The notes: a model not told the origin generated them from the letters alone. A stretch of DNA of 62,681 nt, filler included, from a bacterium (GCA_027062325.1; 3 parts of 3 records of this genome joined end to end with filler, not necessarily neighbours in it); one strand, 5' to 3'. Positions 20,583-31,035 are shown, numbered from the whole stretch's first letter. Numbers and translations: made by a program.

Positions 20583-22775
20583 ATGGAGAATGAAAGGAAA
20601 AGTGAGAAGCATTTGGAAGAAAACAGTGAGTTAAGTGAAAGTTCAGCTAACTCATCAAAAAAGAAGAGTTCGTGGTTTATAAAATTGATTAAATTTCTGT
20701 TTGAAATATTTCTATTTACAAGCTTTGCTGTGGTTGGGTTTGGAATGGCTTTCATGTATGTATTGTCAAGGGATTTGCCCAAATTAAAGTTTACTGAGTG
20801 GCGCCCGGTTTTGAACAGTACTATTTACGATTGCAATGGAAAAGTAATTACTCAACTCAGGGCTCGTCAGAACAGACGAGAGTGGGTTTCTGCAGATAGA
20901 ATACCTAAGTACATGAAAGATGCAATTGTTGCTATAGAGGATGAGAGATTTTACCAACACCATGGGATAGATCCAATAGGTATTTTGAGAGCCATAGTTG
21001 TGGATATTTTGAGTGGTCGTATAAAGCAAGGAGCAAGTACAATTACTCAGCAGCTTGCGAGAAATGCGTTTCTAACTTTGGATAGGACTTTCATCAGAAA
21101 GCTAAAGGAGTTGATAATAGCATTTGAACTTGAGCGGAAGTACACCAAGGATGAAATACTAGAAATGTATCTTAATACGGTTTACTTTGGACATGGAGCT
21201 TGGGGAATAGCATCTGCTGCTTATACCTACTTTGGAAAGAGAGTGGAGGACTTGACTCTTGCTGAATGTGCTCTCTTGGCAGCTCTCCCTCAGGCACCGT
21301 CTCGGTATGATCCATTTAAAGAAAAAGGTAGAAAGCTTGCCAGAAAGCGCCAGTTGAGGGTATTGGACAAGATGGTAGAGCTTGGTTTTATTACTCCTCA
21401 AGAAGCTGAGGCTGCAAAATTAGAGGTAATAAAATTGAGACATACTGAGAAAAACTACGATTGGCGTGGTTATTTTGTAGATGAAGTGGTAAAGTGGCTC
21501 GTTAAACGCTATGGCTGGGTAAAGGTGTTCACAGGAGGCTTAAAAATATACACTACTTTGGATTTAGATTGGCAACTCAAGGCTGGACAGATTGTTAAAA
21601 ATTATGGCATAGAAGCAGTTAATGAATGGCCGCGTTGGCAGAGAAAGTATTATCCACTATATGGTTGGGCTACAGATGAAGCATTACAGGCAGCTTGTAT
21701 GGTCATAGATGTTAAAAGCGGGGCTATAAGAGTTATGGTAGGAGGAAAAGATTATTCAATTACGCAATTTAACCGCTGCACACAAAGTTTTAGGCATGTT
21801 GGATCAAGCTTTAAACCCATCGTTTATTTGACAGCGTTATTAAATGGATATACTGAAGCCACGATAGTGAACGATCGTCCTTTTGTTTGGGAAAACAAGG
21901 ATACTGGTCAGATTTGGATGCCAAAAAATTTTGCAAATAAATATATGGGTCCTGTACCTTTGAAAGTAGCTCTTGCTGCTTCTCTCAACTCCGTCGCAGC
22001 TCAGCTGGCGGTTGATTTAGGAGTAAATAAGATAATTAAAGTGGCAAGAAAACTTGGGATAAAGGGAAAGTTGAATAGAGGACCTGCAATTGCATTAGGT
22101 GCTAGTGATCTTCAGATGATTGATATGGCACGCGTTTACACAACACTTGCGAATGAAGGTGAGCGTGTGGAGCTTTACATGGTCGAAAAGGTCGTTGACT
22201 CGGATGGAGAAGTTTTGTATCAGCATGATGTTAAGAGAAAGCGAGTAATTCCAGCCCCTTATGTGTATGTGCTAATAGATATGATGAAGGCGGTTGTTCA
22301 ACGTGGAACAGGAAGGAGAGCATATTTTGGGCGACCTGTTGCTGGGAAGACTGGGACTACAAATGAAGGAAGGGATACGTGGTTTTGTGGATTTTCTCCA
22401 CAGTATGTAGGATTAGTTTGGGTTGGACGTGATGATTACAAGCCTTTGGGAAAAAGATTTGCTTCTGCTGGAAAAATAGCAGCACCTCTTTGGAGATGTA
22501 TAATGAAGATGGTTCACGAATCTGTACCTGCGACTGACTTTCCGATTCCAAACGGAATTGTATTTGCAAATATTTGTAAAAGAAGTGGTAAGTTGGCTAC
22601 AAAATACTGCAAGGAAACTTTAAGGATGGCGTTTGTAGCGGGGACAGAGCCCAAGGAGATGTGTGATCTTGATGCTCCAACTCATGAAGATCCGTATGAA
22701 ACTTTAAGTTTATGGGAGCTGAAGGAAGAGCAGTTTAAGGAACACTACAAAGAAGCTGACTGGAGTGATGAGTAG
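20583..22775 (+). CDS. Class A penicillin-binding protein (PBP1A family)
   Basis: Transglycosylase EDERFYQHHG, GASTITQQ, RKLKE; transpeptidase SSFK, SLN, KTG; ATG 20583 after GGAGG. Confidence 0.95.
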   Translation: MENERKSEKHLEENSELSESSANSSKKKSSWFIKLIKFLFEIFLFTSFAVVGFGMAFMYVLSRDLPKLKFTEWRPVLNSTIYDCNGKVITQLRARQNRREWVSADRIPKYMKDAIVAIEDERFYQHHGIDPIGILRAIVVDILSGRIKQGASTITQQLARNAFLTLDRTFIRKLKELIIAFELERKYTKDEILEMYLNTVYFGHGAWGIASAAYTYFGKRVEDLTLAECALLAALPQAPSRYDPFKEKGRKLARKRQLRVLDKMVELGFITPQEAEAAKLEVIKLRHTEKNYDWRGYFVDEVVKWLVKRYGWVKVFTGGLKIYTTLDLDWQLKAGQIVKNYGIEAVNEWPRWQRKYYPLYGWATDEALQAACMVIDVKSGAIRVMVGGKDYSITQFNRCTQSFRHVGSSFKPIVYLTALLNGYTEATIVNDRPFVWENKDTGQIWMPKNFANKYMGPVPLKVALAASLNSVAAQLAVDLGVNKIIKVARKLGIKGKLNRGPAIALGASDLQMIDMARVYTTLANEGERVELYMVEKVVDSDGEVLYQHDVKRKRVIPAPYVYVLIDMMKAVVQRGTGRRAYFGRPVAGKTGTTNEGRDTWFCGFSPQYVGLVWVGRDDYKPLGKRFASAGKIAAPLWRCIMKMVHESVPATDFPIPNGIVFANICKRSGKLATKYCKETLRMAFVAGTEPKEMCDLDAPTHEDPYETLSLWELKEEQFKEHYKEADWSDE

Positions 22776-22799
22776 GCTTGGGGTTGCTAGAGCGGAGGA

Positions 22800-23312
22800 G
22801 TGAGCTTTATGGAGTTACTTAGAGTAGCGGTATCAAGCTGCCTTTTGGGGATAGATAGCACTTACAAACAGGATAGCAATGCTGATTTTTCACATCAATT
22901 TCTTAAACTTCAGGAATTTTCTGTTTCCAGAGGTAAGAAAATTGTGGTAATTCCAATCTGCCCTGAAAGTTTGTGCTTTGGGGTGCCAAGGACTCCCATT
23001 GAATTAGAGAATGGCAATGCTGCAGCGGTATTATCAGGAAGAGGTCGGGTATTTAATATGGTAGGTTCTGATGTTACAGCACCTTTTTTGAGGACATGTA
23101 TTAGGTTGGTGAAAGTGTTGGAAGCTGATGTGGCTGTTCTTAAAGATGGAAGTCCTTCATGTGGTGTTAGTGAAGTTTATGATGGAACTTTTTCAGGAAA
23201 GAAGATTAGGGGGAGAGGATTGTTTGCTGAACTTCTTGTAAAAAAAGGAGTTAAAATCTTTTCTGAGAGAGACAGTTGGTTCGGCTGGATAAAGGAATGG
23301 ATTGATAGATAG
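22800..23312 (+). CDS. DUF523 / TudS (thiouracil desulfidase)-like Fe-S protein
   Basis: VSSCLLG, ICPE...GVPR, LKDGSPSCG, GRGLFA. Confidence 0.85.
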   Translation: MSFMELLRVAVSSCLLGIDSTYKQDSNADFSHQFLKLQEFSVSRGKKIVVIPICPESLCFGVPRTPIELENGNAAAVLSGRGRVFNMVGSDVTAPFLRTCIRLVKVLEADVAVLKDGSPSCGVSEVYDGTFSGKKIRGRGLFAELLVKKGVKIFSERDSWFGWIKEWIDR

Positions 23313-23327
23313 GAGGGATTTCAGGTA

Positions 23328-23855
23328 ATGTTTAACCTAAAGAATCTGTTGATTTTGACATTATTAACATTTGTTAGTTTTCAAAGTTTAGCTGAGTGCA
23401 ACGGAACTTTTAATACAGGTACTTTGAATAATATAGATATTTCTAAGGACATATCAAAGTTGCTATCAGAATATGAAATGTTGGTTTATCGCCAGGCACA
23501 GCTTGTGAGTGCATTGAAGACTTTAGAGGGTGTTTCAACTGAATTTGCTGAGAGTGAGAAGAAGAGGTTGAAGGAACTGATTGAGGAGATTGATGTGGGT
23601 TTAAGGAAGTTGCGTTTAGAAATTTACGAAGCTTATGGTTTGGATTTTTTTCTTTTTTCAACGATAGAAAATGGAGATAGTGGAGATGTAAATACAAAAC
23701 TAAAAGAGCAGCAGGAAAAATCAGCATATCCTACGTCTGAAATTGAAATTTTTAGAGTGATTGATTTGAAAAGTATGAATTTTTCTAGGCGTGGAGAGAT
23801 AGATTTGGAGTTGCTGAAAAAACTCGGTTTGTACGATGTAATATTAAAGAGATAG
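23328..23855 (+). CDS. Secreted hypothetical protein
   Basis: Sec signal ending SLA, coiled-coil middle, AGGAGG RBS. Confidence 0.6.
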   Translation: MFNLKNLLILTLLTFVSFQSLAECNGTFNTGTLNNIDISKDISKLLSEYEMLVYRQAQLVSALKTLEGVSTEFAESEKKRLKELIEEIDVGLRKLRLEIYEAYGLDFFLFSTIENGDSGDVNTKLKEQQEKSAYPTSEIEIFRVIDLKSMNFSRRGEIDLELLKKLGLYDVILKR

Positions 23856-25616
23856 GATTTGTGATTTTAAAATGAGCTTTTCTGTGTTTTTGAAACGCTC
23901 GCTACCACAGAGGGGACATATTATCTCTACGTCTTTTGGTGTGTTTACTTTGAAGTTTATTGCACTGCCACAAGACTTGCATGTGGCCATTAAGTCGCAA
24001 GATCTTATGTCTTCTAAAGTTTTATAAAGAATAGCAAAACTTTCTAATTGTGCTTTGTCATCGTTCATTGATTCTATCCTATCGAGCTTATCTTCCATAT
24101 TTTTTGTGTACTCAGGAAGGAGAAAGTGAACATTTTTTGTCAGTACGTAAATTAACATTCCGAGAGGAGTAACACCTATGCTATTTTCAGATTTACTTTC
24201 CTTGGATTCAGAGCTTTGCTTATTTGATCTTCTAAGTTTTTCGATAAATTTCCTATTTAGAAGGTTTTGTATTGCATAGGCATAAGTTGAGGGACGACCA
24301 ATGCCGTGCTTTTCCATTAGCTGTACACAACCTCGAATGGTGATTCTAGGTAATGTTTTTATTGTTTCTTTGTGGGATACATTGTCAACTTGTAATCCGT
24401 TGTTTATAAGTTTATCTATTGCTTTTTTATTTTCAGAAGTGAGTTTTGGTAATTTATCAAAAAATGATGACACGTATTTTGTCCAGCCAGCCTTTGTTTT
24501 CTTAAAAAGTTTGCAAGTGAATGTAACTGCTATCTCTTTACCATGTGGGTTTTTACCTTTTAAGGTTGCTTTCAAGGTAAGGAGTTTTCCTTCCATATCG
24601 GGCATAAAAGCGGCAAGAAAGTGGTTTTTTATTGTGGAAAAAATTTTTTTATAGGGGCCATAGAGTCTAGAAGATGAGGTTATAGCAGAGATAGAGGTTG
24701 GTCTTATTGCTTCGTGAGTGGTTACAACTCCGTAATTGCGGTGAGTAAAATTTTCTTTTAGTAATGTTGATGCAAGTTTTAGCCCACTTTCGGATACAGC
24801 AACTTCTGAAGTTCTGTGATAGGTTATGAAGCCTGTTTCAAATAGAAATTGAGCTATTTTCATAGTTTGAGTGGGAGAAATTCCCATTGTTGAAGCGATC
24901 TTTTGAAGTGCAGCGGTATTTAATGGAGTTGGGGGAGAAAGTTTTACATTTTTCTCTTCAATTTGGAATTTTGCCAATTGTGGAGGGAAAGTGAGTTTTT
25001 CTTCATGGGTGGCTGTGAATTTCAAGGTGCTAACCTCAAATGAGTAGGAGTATTGCTTTTTTTTGCCATGTTTTGCTACTTTTATTTCGTGTTGAGCGAG
25101 GAGATGTAATAAAGCAGTTTGAACTCGGCCAGCGCTTAATGAGAGCTTTGAATTGGTGAGTTTTATACGTCTGCGTAGAATTGGTGATACTAAGTATCCG
25201 ATAAGTCTGTCTATAAGGCGACGTGTTTTTTGCGATGTTACCAGTGAGAGGTCAATGGTTTGAGGAGACTTTATATAGTTTGCTATATCAGCCTCGGTTA
25301 TTGCGGGGATTCTGACTCTAACTTTACCCTTTAGTGAAAGCTCTTCAGCGACAAATTTTGCTATGGCTTCGCCTTCACGATCTGGATCGGTTGCTATTAG
25401 TGTTTTTTTTCCTCTTACGATTTTTTTTATCTTTTCAACGAGCTTTTTTTTACCTCTTAGAAAAAAGTACGTTGGAGAAAATGTTTTTAGATCAACTCCT
25501 AGAGATTTAACTGGTAAGTCTTTAATGTGCCCGTACGTAGCAACAGCTTTGAAACCCAGCTTTTGAATTGTTTTAGCTTTAATAGGTGACTCCACTATAA
25601 GGATTATATTTTTCAT
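23844..25616 (-). CDS. topA: Type IA DNA topoisomerase, compact and divergent
   Basis: TOPRIM IVESP-KAKTI, GHIKDLP, ATDPDREGEAIA, DRLIGY, SAGRVQ, catalytic ITYHRT, HEAIRPT, GIGRPSTYA, C-terminal CxxC...CxxC. Confidence 0.88.
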   Translation of the reverse strand: MKNIILIVESPIKAKTIQKLGFKAVATYGHIKDLPVKSLGVDLKTFSPTYFFLRGKKKLVEKIKKIVRGKKTLIATDPDREGEAIAKFVAEELSLKGKVRVRIPAITEADIANYIKSPQTIDLSLVTSQKTRRLIDRLIGYLVSPILRRRIKLTNSKLSLSAGRVQTALLHLLAQHEIKVAKHGKKKQYSYSFEVSTLKFTATHEEKLTFPPQLAKFQIEEKNVKLSPPTPLNTAALQKIASTMGISPTQTMKIAQFLFETGFITYHRTSEVAVSESGLKLASTLLKENFTHRNYGVVTTHEAIRPTSISAITSSSRLYGPYKKIFSTIKNHFLAAFMPDMEGKLLTLKATLKGKNPHGKEIAVTFTCKLFKKTKAGWTKYVSSFFDKLPKLTSENKKAIDKLINNGLQVDNVSHKETIKTLPRITIRGCVQLMEKHGIGRPSTYAYAIQNLLNRKFIEKLRRSNKQSSESKESKSENSIGVTPLGMLIYVLTKNVHFLLPEYTKNMEDKLDRIESMNDDKAQLESFAILYKTLEDIRSCDLMATCKSCGSAINFKVNTPKDVEIICPLCGSERFKNTEKLILKSQILSL

Positions 25617-25793
25617 TTAGCACCTCCCACAATTCTATTTTAAGTAATCTTGCAAGTTATTATGTGCCATAAAAAAATTAGAGTAAAAAATCACCAGTTA
25701 TGATTAAAATATAATCTTTTATCTAACTGGAAAAGTTAATACAATTACTAGATTGACTGCTTAAATACGGGGATTTTCTCCAGATATGGTTTG

Positions 25794-25893
25794 NNNNNNN
25801 NNNNNNNNNNNNNNNNNNNNNNNNNNNNNNNNNNNNNTTAATTAATTAANNNNNNNNNNNNNNNNNNNNNNNNNNNNNNNNNNNNNNNNNNNN
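25794..25893. other. Artificial contig-joining linker
   Basis: N44-TTAATTAATTAA-N44, which has stops in all six frames. Confidence 0.97.
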
Positions 25894-26007
25894 ACACAAT
25901 TACTAACAAAGCCACCCTTTTCACAATAGATACACTCATCTGCAACACCTCCTAGGACAATTAGCTTAGAATTTGAACCCCCATACCATACCATACCATT
26001 TCAACTT

Positions 26008-26051
26008 AAAAAACAAAAACCCCGGCAGCACCATTTTCGGCACCACCGGGG
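26008..26051 (-). terminator. Intrinsic terminator of the carboxypeptidase gene
   Basis: Minus strand CCCCGGTGGTGCC-GAAAAT-GGTGCTGCCGGGG (13 bp including 4 G:U) followed by TTTTTGTTTTTT. Confidence 0.8.
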
Positions 26052-26112
26052 CTTTTTCAGCCTTCTTTAACCCTCATCACCAATTTTATTCTACGCACCA
26101 AAACCTCTAATC

Positions 26113-27360
26113 TTAAAACTCCCTCACAAAATCTGCCTTTTTAACGTAATGCCTCCAAGGCCAATAATTACCTGCATTTGGATTATCGTGCTCTTCCGGT
26201 TCAGTAGTATTTGCAATGTGCTGATACTTCTCCTTTATAACATCAACTAACCACAAAAGTGCCTTTATGTTCTTTTGGCTAATTTCATCAATTTGACTCT
26301 GATCAGGAATAAATCTGCGCCCTAATTCCAATGTAAATGAGAGAGTATGGCAGTCGTGATAAAGCCAGTCATCACTATCTCCCATTGCAGGATAAAGATC
26401 CGAGGATTTTTCAGGTTTATGCCCGTTAAACTTTGCCATTCCCTCTGCAAGCTCTTTCAATAAGTCATTATCCGGAGCATAAGCTTTGTAAGCATACCCA
26501 TAAGGATACAAGTTCAGCTCACCATAGCTGTGGAAAGAAACACTGCACCAGAAGTGCTCTCTTTTTGCAAAGTCACGAATTGCCTGTGTCTCTGGCTCAG
26601 AGAAAGCATGCGGACCATGGTAGGTATCAGAACCTGGCCAATCGCTTGTTCCAACACTTCCCCATTGATAACCGTAGTTACGATTTGGATCAACACCGTA
26701 GTAGTTGTCTTTTATGTGACGGCGTGTCTTTCTCCACATGGTGTACTTGGTCATAGAATACACGTATCCATCTGGATTAACTATTGGAACCACCCAAATT
26801 TCACGGCCATTGACAAGCTCAGTGACTTTTTTATCTTTTCCGTAATTATTTACTAAATACTCTGCAAACCTCATAGGAACCTCCGCCGCAATCCATTCGC
26901 GCGCATGATGAAGCCCCATAATTAAAGCAGAAGGTTCATCTTCGTCAACATTTGGATTATCAGAGATCTTTATAGCGTAAATTTCACGCCCTTCTGCACT
27001 TTTCCCTATTACTTCAAGTTTTGTAATCTCTGGGTGATCCTTCGCCAACTTTTTCAAAGCAGCCACCATCTCTTCATAAGTCCTATATCCACGAACCATC
27101 CGAGCACTTAATCTACTTTCAACATCATCAACAATGGTTTTGTAGGAAATTCCAGCCTTTTTCAAAATGTCTAAATCAGAATCCTTAACTAGAATTTCCA
27201 AGTGATCCGTAAAAGTACCTGCAACATCAAAATTGTTAACAAGCCATGCACGCAAAGGTGTACGTGGAGCTACCTTAACACTCACCAAACTCGTTGCAAA
27301 ACCAAAACTAACTACCAACACCAACAACACAGAAACAAACCTCCATGCTACCTTCTTCAT
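26113..27360 (-). CDS. Secreted M14 zinc carboxypeptidase (carboxypeptidase T-like)
   Basis: Signal peptide and prodomain, HHARE, NPDG, WRK, GVDPNRN, SEPET, HSYG, TLE; ATG 27360 with AGGAG upstream. Confidence 0.92.
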   Translation of the reverse strand: MKKVAWRFVSVLLVLVVSFGFATSLVSVKVAPRTPLRAWLVNNFDVAGTFTDHLEILVKDSDLDILKKAGISYKTIVDDVESRLSARMVRGYRTYEEMVAALKKLAKDHPEITKLEVIGKSAEGREIYAIKISDNPNVDEDEPSALIMGLHHAREWIAAEVPMRFAEYLVNNYGKDKKVTELVNGREIWVVPIVNPDGYVYSMTKYTMWRKTRRHIKDNYYGVDPNRNYGYQWGSVGTSDWPGSDTYHGPHAFSEPETQAIRDFAKREHFWCSVSFHSYGELNLYPYGYAYKAYAPDNDLLKELAEGMAKFNGHKPEKSSDLYPAMGDSDDWLYHDCHTLSFTLELGRRFIPDQSQIDEISQKNIKALLWLVDVIKEKYQHIANTTEPEEHDNPNAGNYWPWRHYVKKADFVREF

Positions 27361-27620
27361 ACTCCTTGCGCCTCCTTTCCATAAAGTTACATTTTTAAAA
27401 CTTTCCCATCCAAAATTCACTCAATATGCAGCTTAATTACAGCTTAGTTCGCAACCCTTCACTTTCATTTTAACCCCCTGATCAAGTTTTGCACCACCAT
27501 ATTCATTTTTTTACCAGTGGCCAAATATTTGTGTTAGAATTTTTATGAATATCACTCCAGCAGGTGATTAGCCGTTACACTCACTGTTATTTTTCAATGA
27601 GACGCAGGGAGGGGTTGCAG

Positions 27621-28040
27621 GTGGAGAGAAGAATAAGAATACTTATTGCAAAACCAGGATTGGATGGTCATGATCGCGGAGCAAAAGTGGTAGCACGTGC
27701 GCTAAGAGATGCAGGATTTGAAGTGATATACACAGGAAGGCGTCAAACAGTTGATCAAATAGTTGAAACTGCAATACAGGAAGATGTGGACGCAGTAGGA
27801 CTCTCTTTGCTTTCAGGAGCACACAACACCCTTTTCCCAAAAGTAGTAAGAAAACTCAGAGAAAGAGGAGCAAAAGACATAGTAGTGTTCGGCGGAGGAG
27901 TAATTCCCCCAGATGACATACCATTTCTTCTAGAAAACGGTATAGCTGCAGTGTTTACACCGGGAACACCACTCTCTGAAGTCGTGGAATTTGCAAAAAA
28001 AATTCCAGAGTTGCAAGAACAACTTAGAAAAGAAAATTAG
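27621..28040 (+). CDS. Cobalamin-binding small subunit of methylmalonyl-CoA (acyl-CoA) mutase
   Basis: [13 protein letters not shown] (DxHxxG), [23 protein letters not shown] 27621 with GGAGGGG RBS. Confidence 0.93.
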   Translation: MERRIRILIAKPGLDGHDRGAKVVARALRDAGFEVIYTGRRQTVDQIVETAIQEDVDAVGLSLLSGAHNTLFPKVVRKLRERGAKDIVVFGGGVIPPDDIPFLLENGIAAVFTPGTPLSEVVEFAKKIPELQEQLRKEN

Positions 28041-28093
28041 TCCCCATAGATAACCCCAAAGCCTAAATTGGATTCAGCTAGGGAGTGAAATAA

Positions 28094-29005
28094 GTGGAGA
28101 GATTAGAAGAATACGAAATACTTAAGCAAAAACTTACCGATTACATAAAAACTCAAGATTTTCTGCATCTTGCGCGGGCTTTATCCATAGTTGAAAATTC
28201 TCAAGATTCCTACGAACTTCTTGAAAAGCTGTGTTCTGAATTTGAAGAAAAAGAAGCAAAGGTCATAGGGTTTACAGGCTCTCCTGGTGCTGGGAAGAGC
28301 TCTTTGATCTCAGCTCTTATTGATAAATACGCTCAAAAATACGGAAAAGTTGCTGTAATCGCAGTTGATCCTTCATCCCCATTCTCAGGAGGGGCCATTT
28401 TAGGAGATCGCGTTAGAATGATAAAGCACTCTCTTAACAAGAAGGTATTTATAAGAAGTGTGGCAACGAGAGGCTACCTTGGAGGTCTTTCTTCTGCTGT
28501 CCACGATATGATTACAGTTCTCAAAATAGCAGGCTTTAAACGTATTCTTATCGAAACTGTTGGAGTGGGGCAAAGTGAAATAGATGTCGTGGAAATTGCA
28601 GATATCGTATGTCTTGTTTTGACCCCCTCAGCAGGAGATGACATCCAAGCAATGAAAGCTGGCATTATGGAGATTGCCGATGTTATTGTTGTTAATAAAG
28701 CTGACTTAGGCGCAGAACGAGTTTTAGTGGCTCTCAAAAATTTCATGGAAGTTGAAGAAGTGAATATCCCCGTTGTCACTACAGTTGCACTTGAAAACAA
28801 GGGGATTGAAGAACTCTTTAATATTCTTGAAGAAGCTCAATCTCGCATTAAACCATCAGACAAAAAATTATTACGTTTAAAACACGCTATTCGCTCCATC
28901 CTTGAAAAAAGAGTAGAAGGAGTTGTTGAAAAATTGCGCTCCGAAGCTAACTTTGAAAATAAGAACTTTTACTCAATACTTAATAACTTAAAAGGGGTGA
29001 TATAG
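28094..29005 (+). CDS. meaB: Methylmalonyl-CoA mutase-associated GTPase
   Basis: GSPGAGKS, AVDPSSPFSGGAILGDR, ETVGVGQSE, GDDIQAMKAG, NKAD. Confidence 0.95.
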   Translation: MERLEEYEILKQKLTDYIKTQDFLHLARALSIVENSQDSYELLEKLCSEFEEKEAKVIGFTGSPGAGKSSLISALIDKYAQKYGKVAVIAVDPSSPFSGGAILGDRVRMIKHSLNKKVFIRSVATRGYLGGLSSAVHDMITVLKIAGFKRILIETVGVGQSEIDVVEIADIVCLVLTPSAGDDIQAMKAGIMEIADVIVVNKADLGAERVLVALKNFMEVEEVNIPVVTTVALENKGIEELFNILEEAQSRIKPSDKKLLRLKHAIRSILEKRVEGVVEKLRSEANFENKNFYSILNNLKGVI

Positions 29006-29419
29006 ATGAGCATCGATTTGAATCCTGAATTTGTGGATCATATAGCCGTAGCCGTAAAGAATCTTGAAGAAGCCATTAAAAAGTTTGAGCGCATAGGATT
29101 GAAACCTTATCACACGGAAGAGGTAGCCGATCAAAAGGTCAAAGTTGCCATGATTAAGGTAGGTCCTACAAACATTGAGCTCCTTGAACCAACATCTGAA
29201 GATTCGCCTATCGCCAAATTTATCGAAAAAAAAGGAGAAGGATTGCATCATGTTGCTTTGAGAGTTAATGGATTAGAAGAGATTCTAAATTCCATGAAAG
29301 AAGCAGGTATTCGCCTAATTGACGAAAAACCCCGCCTTGGAGCAGAAGGCAAAAAGATAGCTTTTATTCATCCAAAAGAAACAGGCATTCTTTTGGAGTT
29401 GTCAGAAGTAGAAGAGTAG
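29006..29419 (+). CDS. mce: Methylmalonyl-CoA epimerase
   Basis: [28 protein letters not shown]...GILLEL. Confidence 0.93.
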   Translation: MSIDLNPEFVDHIAVAVKNLEEAIKKFERIGLKPYHTEEVADQKVKVAMIKVGPTNIELLEPTSEDSPIAKFIEKKGEGLHHVALRVNGLEEILNSMKEAGIRLIDEKPRLGAEGKKIAFIHPKETGILLELSEVEE

Positions 29420-29461
29420 CAAATATTAACAAACAAATTTTAATTTATCCTTACTAAGGGA

Positions 29462-31012
29462 GTGGAATTGATGATAGAAAACCTTATAGCAGAACTTGAG
29501 AGAAAGCGTGAAAAACTCAAAGAGCTTGGTGGGGAAGATAGACGAAAGAAGCAGCATGATAAAGGAAAACTAGATGCCAGAGAACGTTTGGAACTTCTGT
29601 TCGATGATGGAATTTTTATGGAACTTGACCCCTTTGTAAAACACAGATGTGTATTCTTTGGCATGGATAAGAAAGATATTCCTGCAGAAGGTGTAATCTG
29701 TGCTGTTGGGACCGTGAACGGAAGAGTAACATTTGCTTTTAGTCAAGACTTCACCTCTGCTGGTGGAAGCGTTGGAGAAATGGGGGCTAAAAAAATGGTG
29801 AAGACGATAGAATTGGCAGCTCGTGCCGGAGCTCCCGTCGTGGGAATAAACGATGGCGGCGGTGCAAGGATTCAAGAAGGCGTTGACGCTTTATCTGGGT
29901 ACGGACACATTTTCATGGCAAACGCAAAATATTCGGGAGTCATACCACAAATTGCAGTCATTGCAGGGCCATGTGCCGGAGGCGCTGCATATTCCCCTGC
30001 TCTCATGGACATGGTCATAGTCGTAGATAAAATTAGCCAAATGTTTATTACAGGTCCTCAAGTCATAAAAGCTGTAACAGGCGAGACTATAAGTGCAGAA
30101 GAACTAGGTGGAGCCGATGTTCACTTCACAGTCAGCGGAAACGCACACTTTAAAGCTCCGACCGATAAAGAGGCAATAAATCTAGTAAAACTTATTTTAA
30201 GCTATCTTCCCCAAAACTGGAAAACTTTACCCCAATCATCAACAGCACCTTCAGCAGATATTATTCCAGAATTGGACAAAATTATACCAATAGATCCCAA
30301 ACAACCTTACAATATGAAAGATGTGATAAATCTAGTTGCTGATTCAAACACTTTTCTCGAATTTTATGCAGGCTTTGCCCCCAACGCAATAACAGGATTT
30401 GCTCGTATAGAGGGCAAAGTCGTTGGTATTGTCGCAAATCAACCGTCTGTATGGGCTGGAAGTTTGGATATCAACGCTGCTGATAAAATCTCATACTTTG
30501 TGCGTCTATGCAATGCATACAATATACCAATTGTGAATCTTATAGACGTCCCGGGATTCTTACCCGGTGTTAACCAAGAGTTTGGAGGAATTATAAGACA
30601 TGGCGCTAAAATGCTTTACGCTTACGCTGAAGCAACAGTTCCGAAGGTAAGTATAATTCTTAGAAAGGCATACGGTGGAGCTTATCTTGCAATGTGCTCT
30701 AAGGAAATGGGAGCAGATTTCGTATTTGCTTGGCCTACAGCAGAGATTGCAGTAATGGGTCCTGAAGGAGCTGTCAACATCGTATTCAAGAAAGAGATTG
30801 CAGCCTCGGACGATCCCGAAAAAACCCGACAAGCAAAGATCGCCGAGTATCGAGAAAAATTCTCCACTCCATACTTTGCAGCAAGTAGAGGTTATATTGA
30901 TAACATAATAAAACCTTCTGAGACAAAAGTATACATTGCAAATGCCCTTAAAATTCTCGAGACAAAGATGAGCGAGAAAATTAAGAAGAAAGCTGGACTG
31001 ATACCGCTTTAA
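29462..31012 (+). CDS. Acyl-CoA carboxyltransferase (methylmalonyl-CoA decarboxylase alpha / PccB-like)
   Basis: GGARIQEG, GPCAGGAAYSPAL, DVPGFLPG, RKAYGGAY, AWPTAEIAVMG. Confidence 0.93.
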   Translation: MELMIENLIAELERKREKLKELGGEDRRKKQHDKGKLDARERLELLFDDGIFMELDPFVKHRCVFFGMDKKDIPAEGVICAVGTVNGRVTFAFSQDFTSAGGSVGEMGAKKMVKTIELAARAGAPVVGINDGGGARIQEGVDALSGYGHIFMANAKYSGVIPQIAVIAGPCAGGAAYSPALMDMVIVVDKISQMFITGPQVIKAVTGETISAEELGGADVHFTVSGNAHFKAPTDKEAINLVKLILSYLPQNWKTLPQSSTAPSADIIPELDKIIPIDPKQPYNMKDVINLVADSNTFLEFYAGFAPNAITGFARIEGKVVGIVANQPSVWAGSLDINAADKISYFVRLCNAYNIPIVNLIDVPGFLPGVNQEFGGIIRHGAKMLYAYAEATVPKVSIILRKAYGGAYLAMCSKEMGADFVFAWPTAEIAVMGPEGAVNIVFKKEIAASDDPEKTRQAKIAEYREKFSTPYFAASRGYIDNIIKPSETKVYIANALKILETKMSEKIKKKAGLIPL

Positions 31013-31035
31013 AACATTATGTAAAGGAGGCGAGA

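Noticed and set aside
23844-25616. Topoisomerase half of a split reverse gyrase
   Set aside because: The N-terminus and DRLIGY region are TopA-like and no helicase half is visible; kept only as a test under findings
25794-25893. TTAATTAATTAA palindrome within N runs, repeated at 51284-51383
   Set aside because: Synthetic six-frame-stop linker; topA/peptidase and parB/eno adjacencies are artefacts
25981-25999. (CCATA)x4 microsatellite
   Set aside because: Short, intergenic, near a contig end, with no linked gene or promoter visible
27421-27620. Cobalamin riboswitch before the B12-binding gene
   Set aside because: No recognisable B12-box or conserved core motifs
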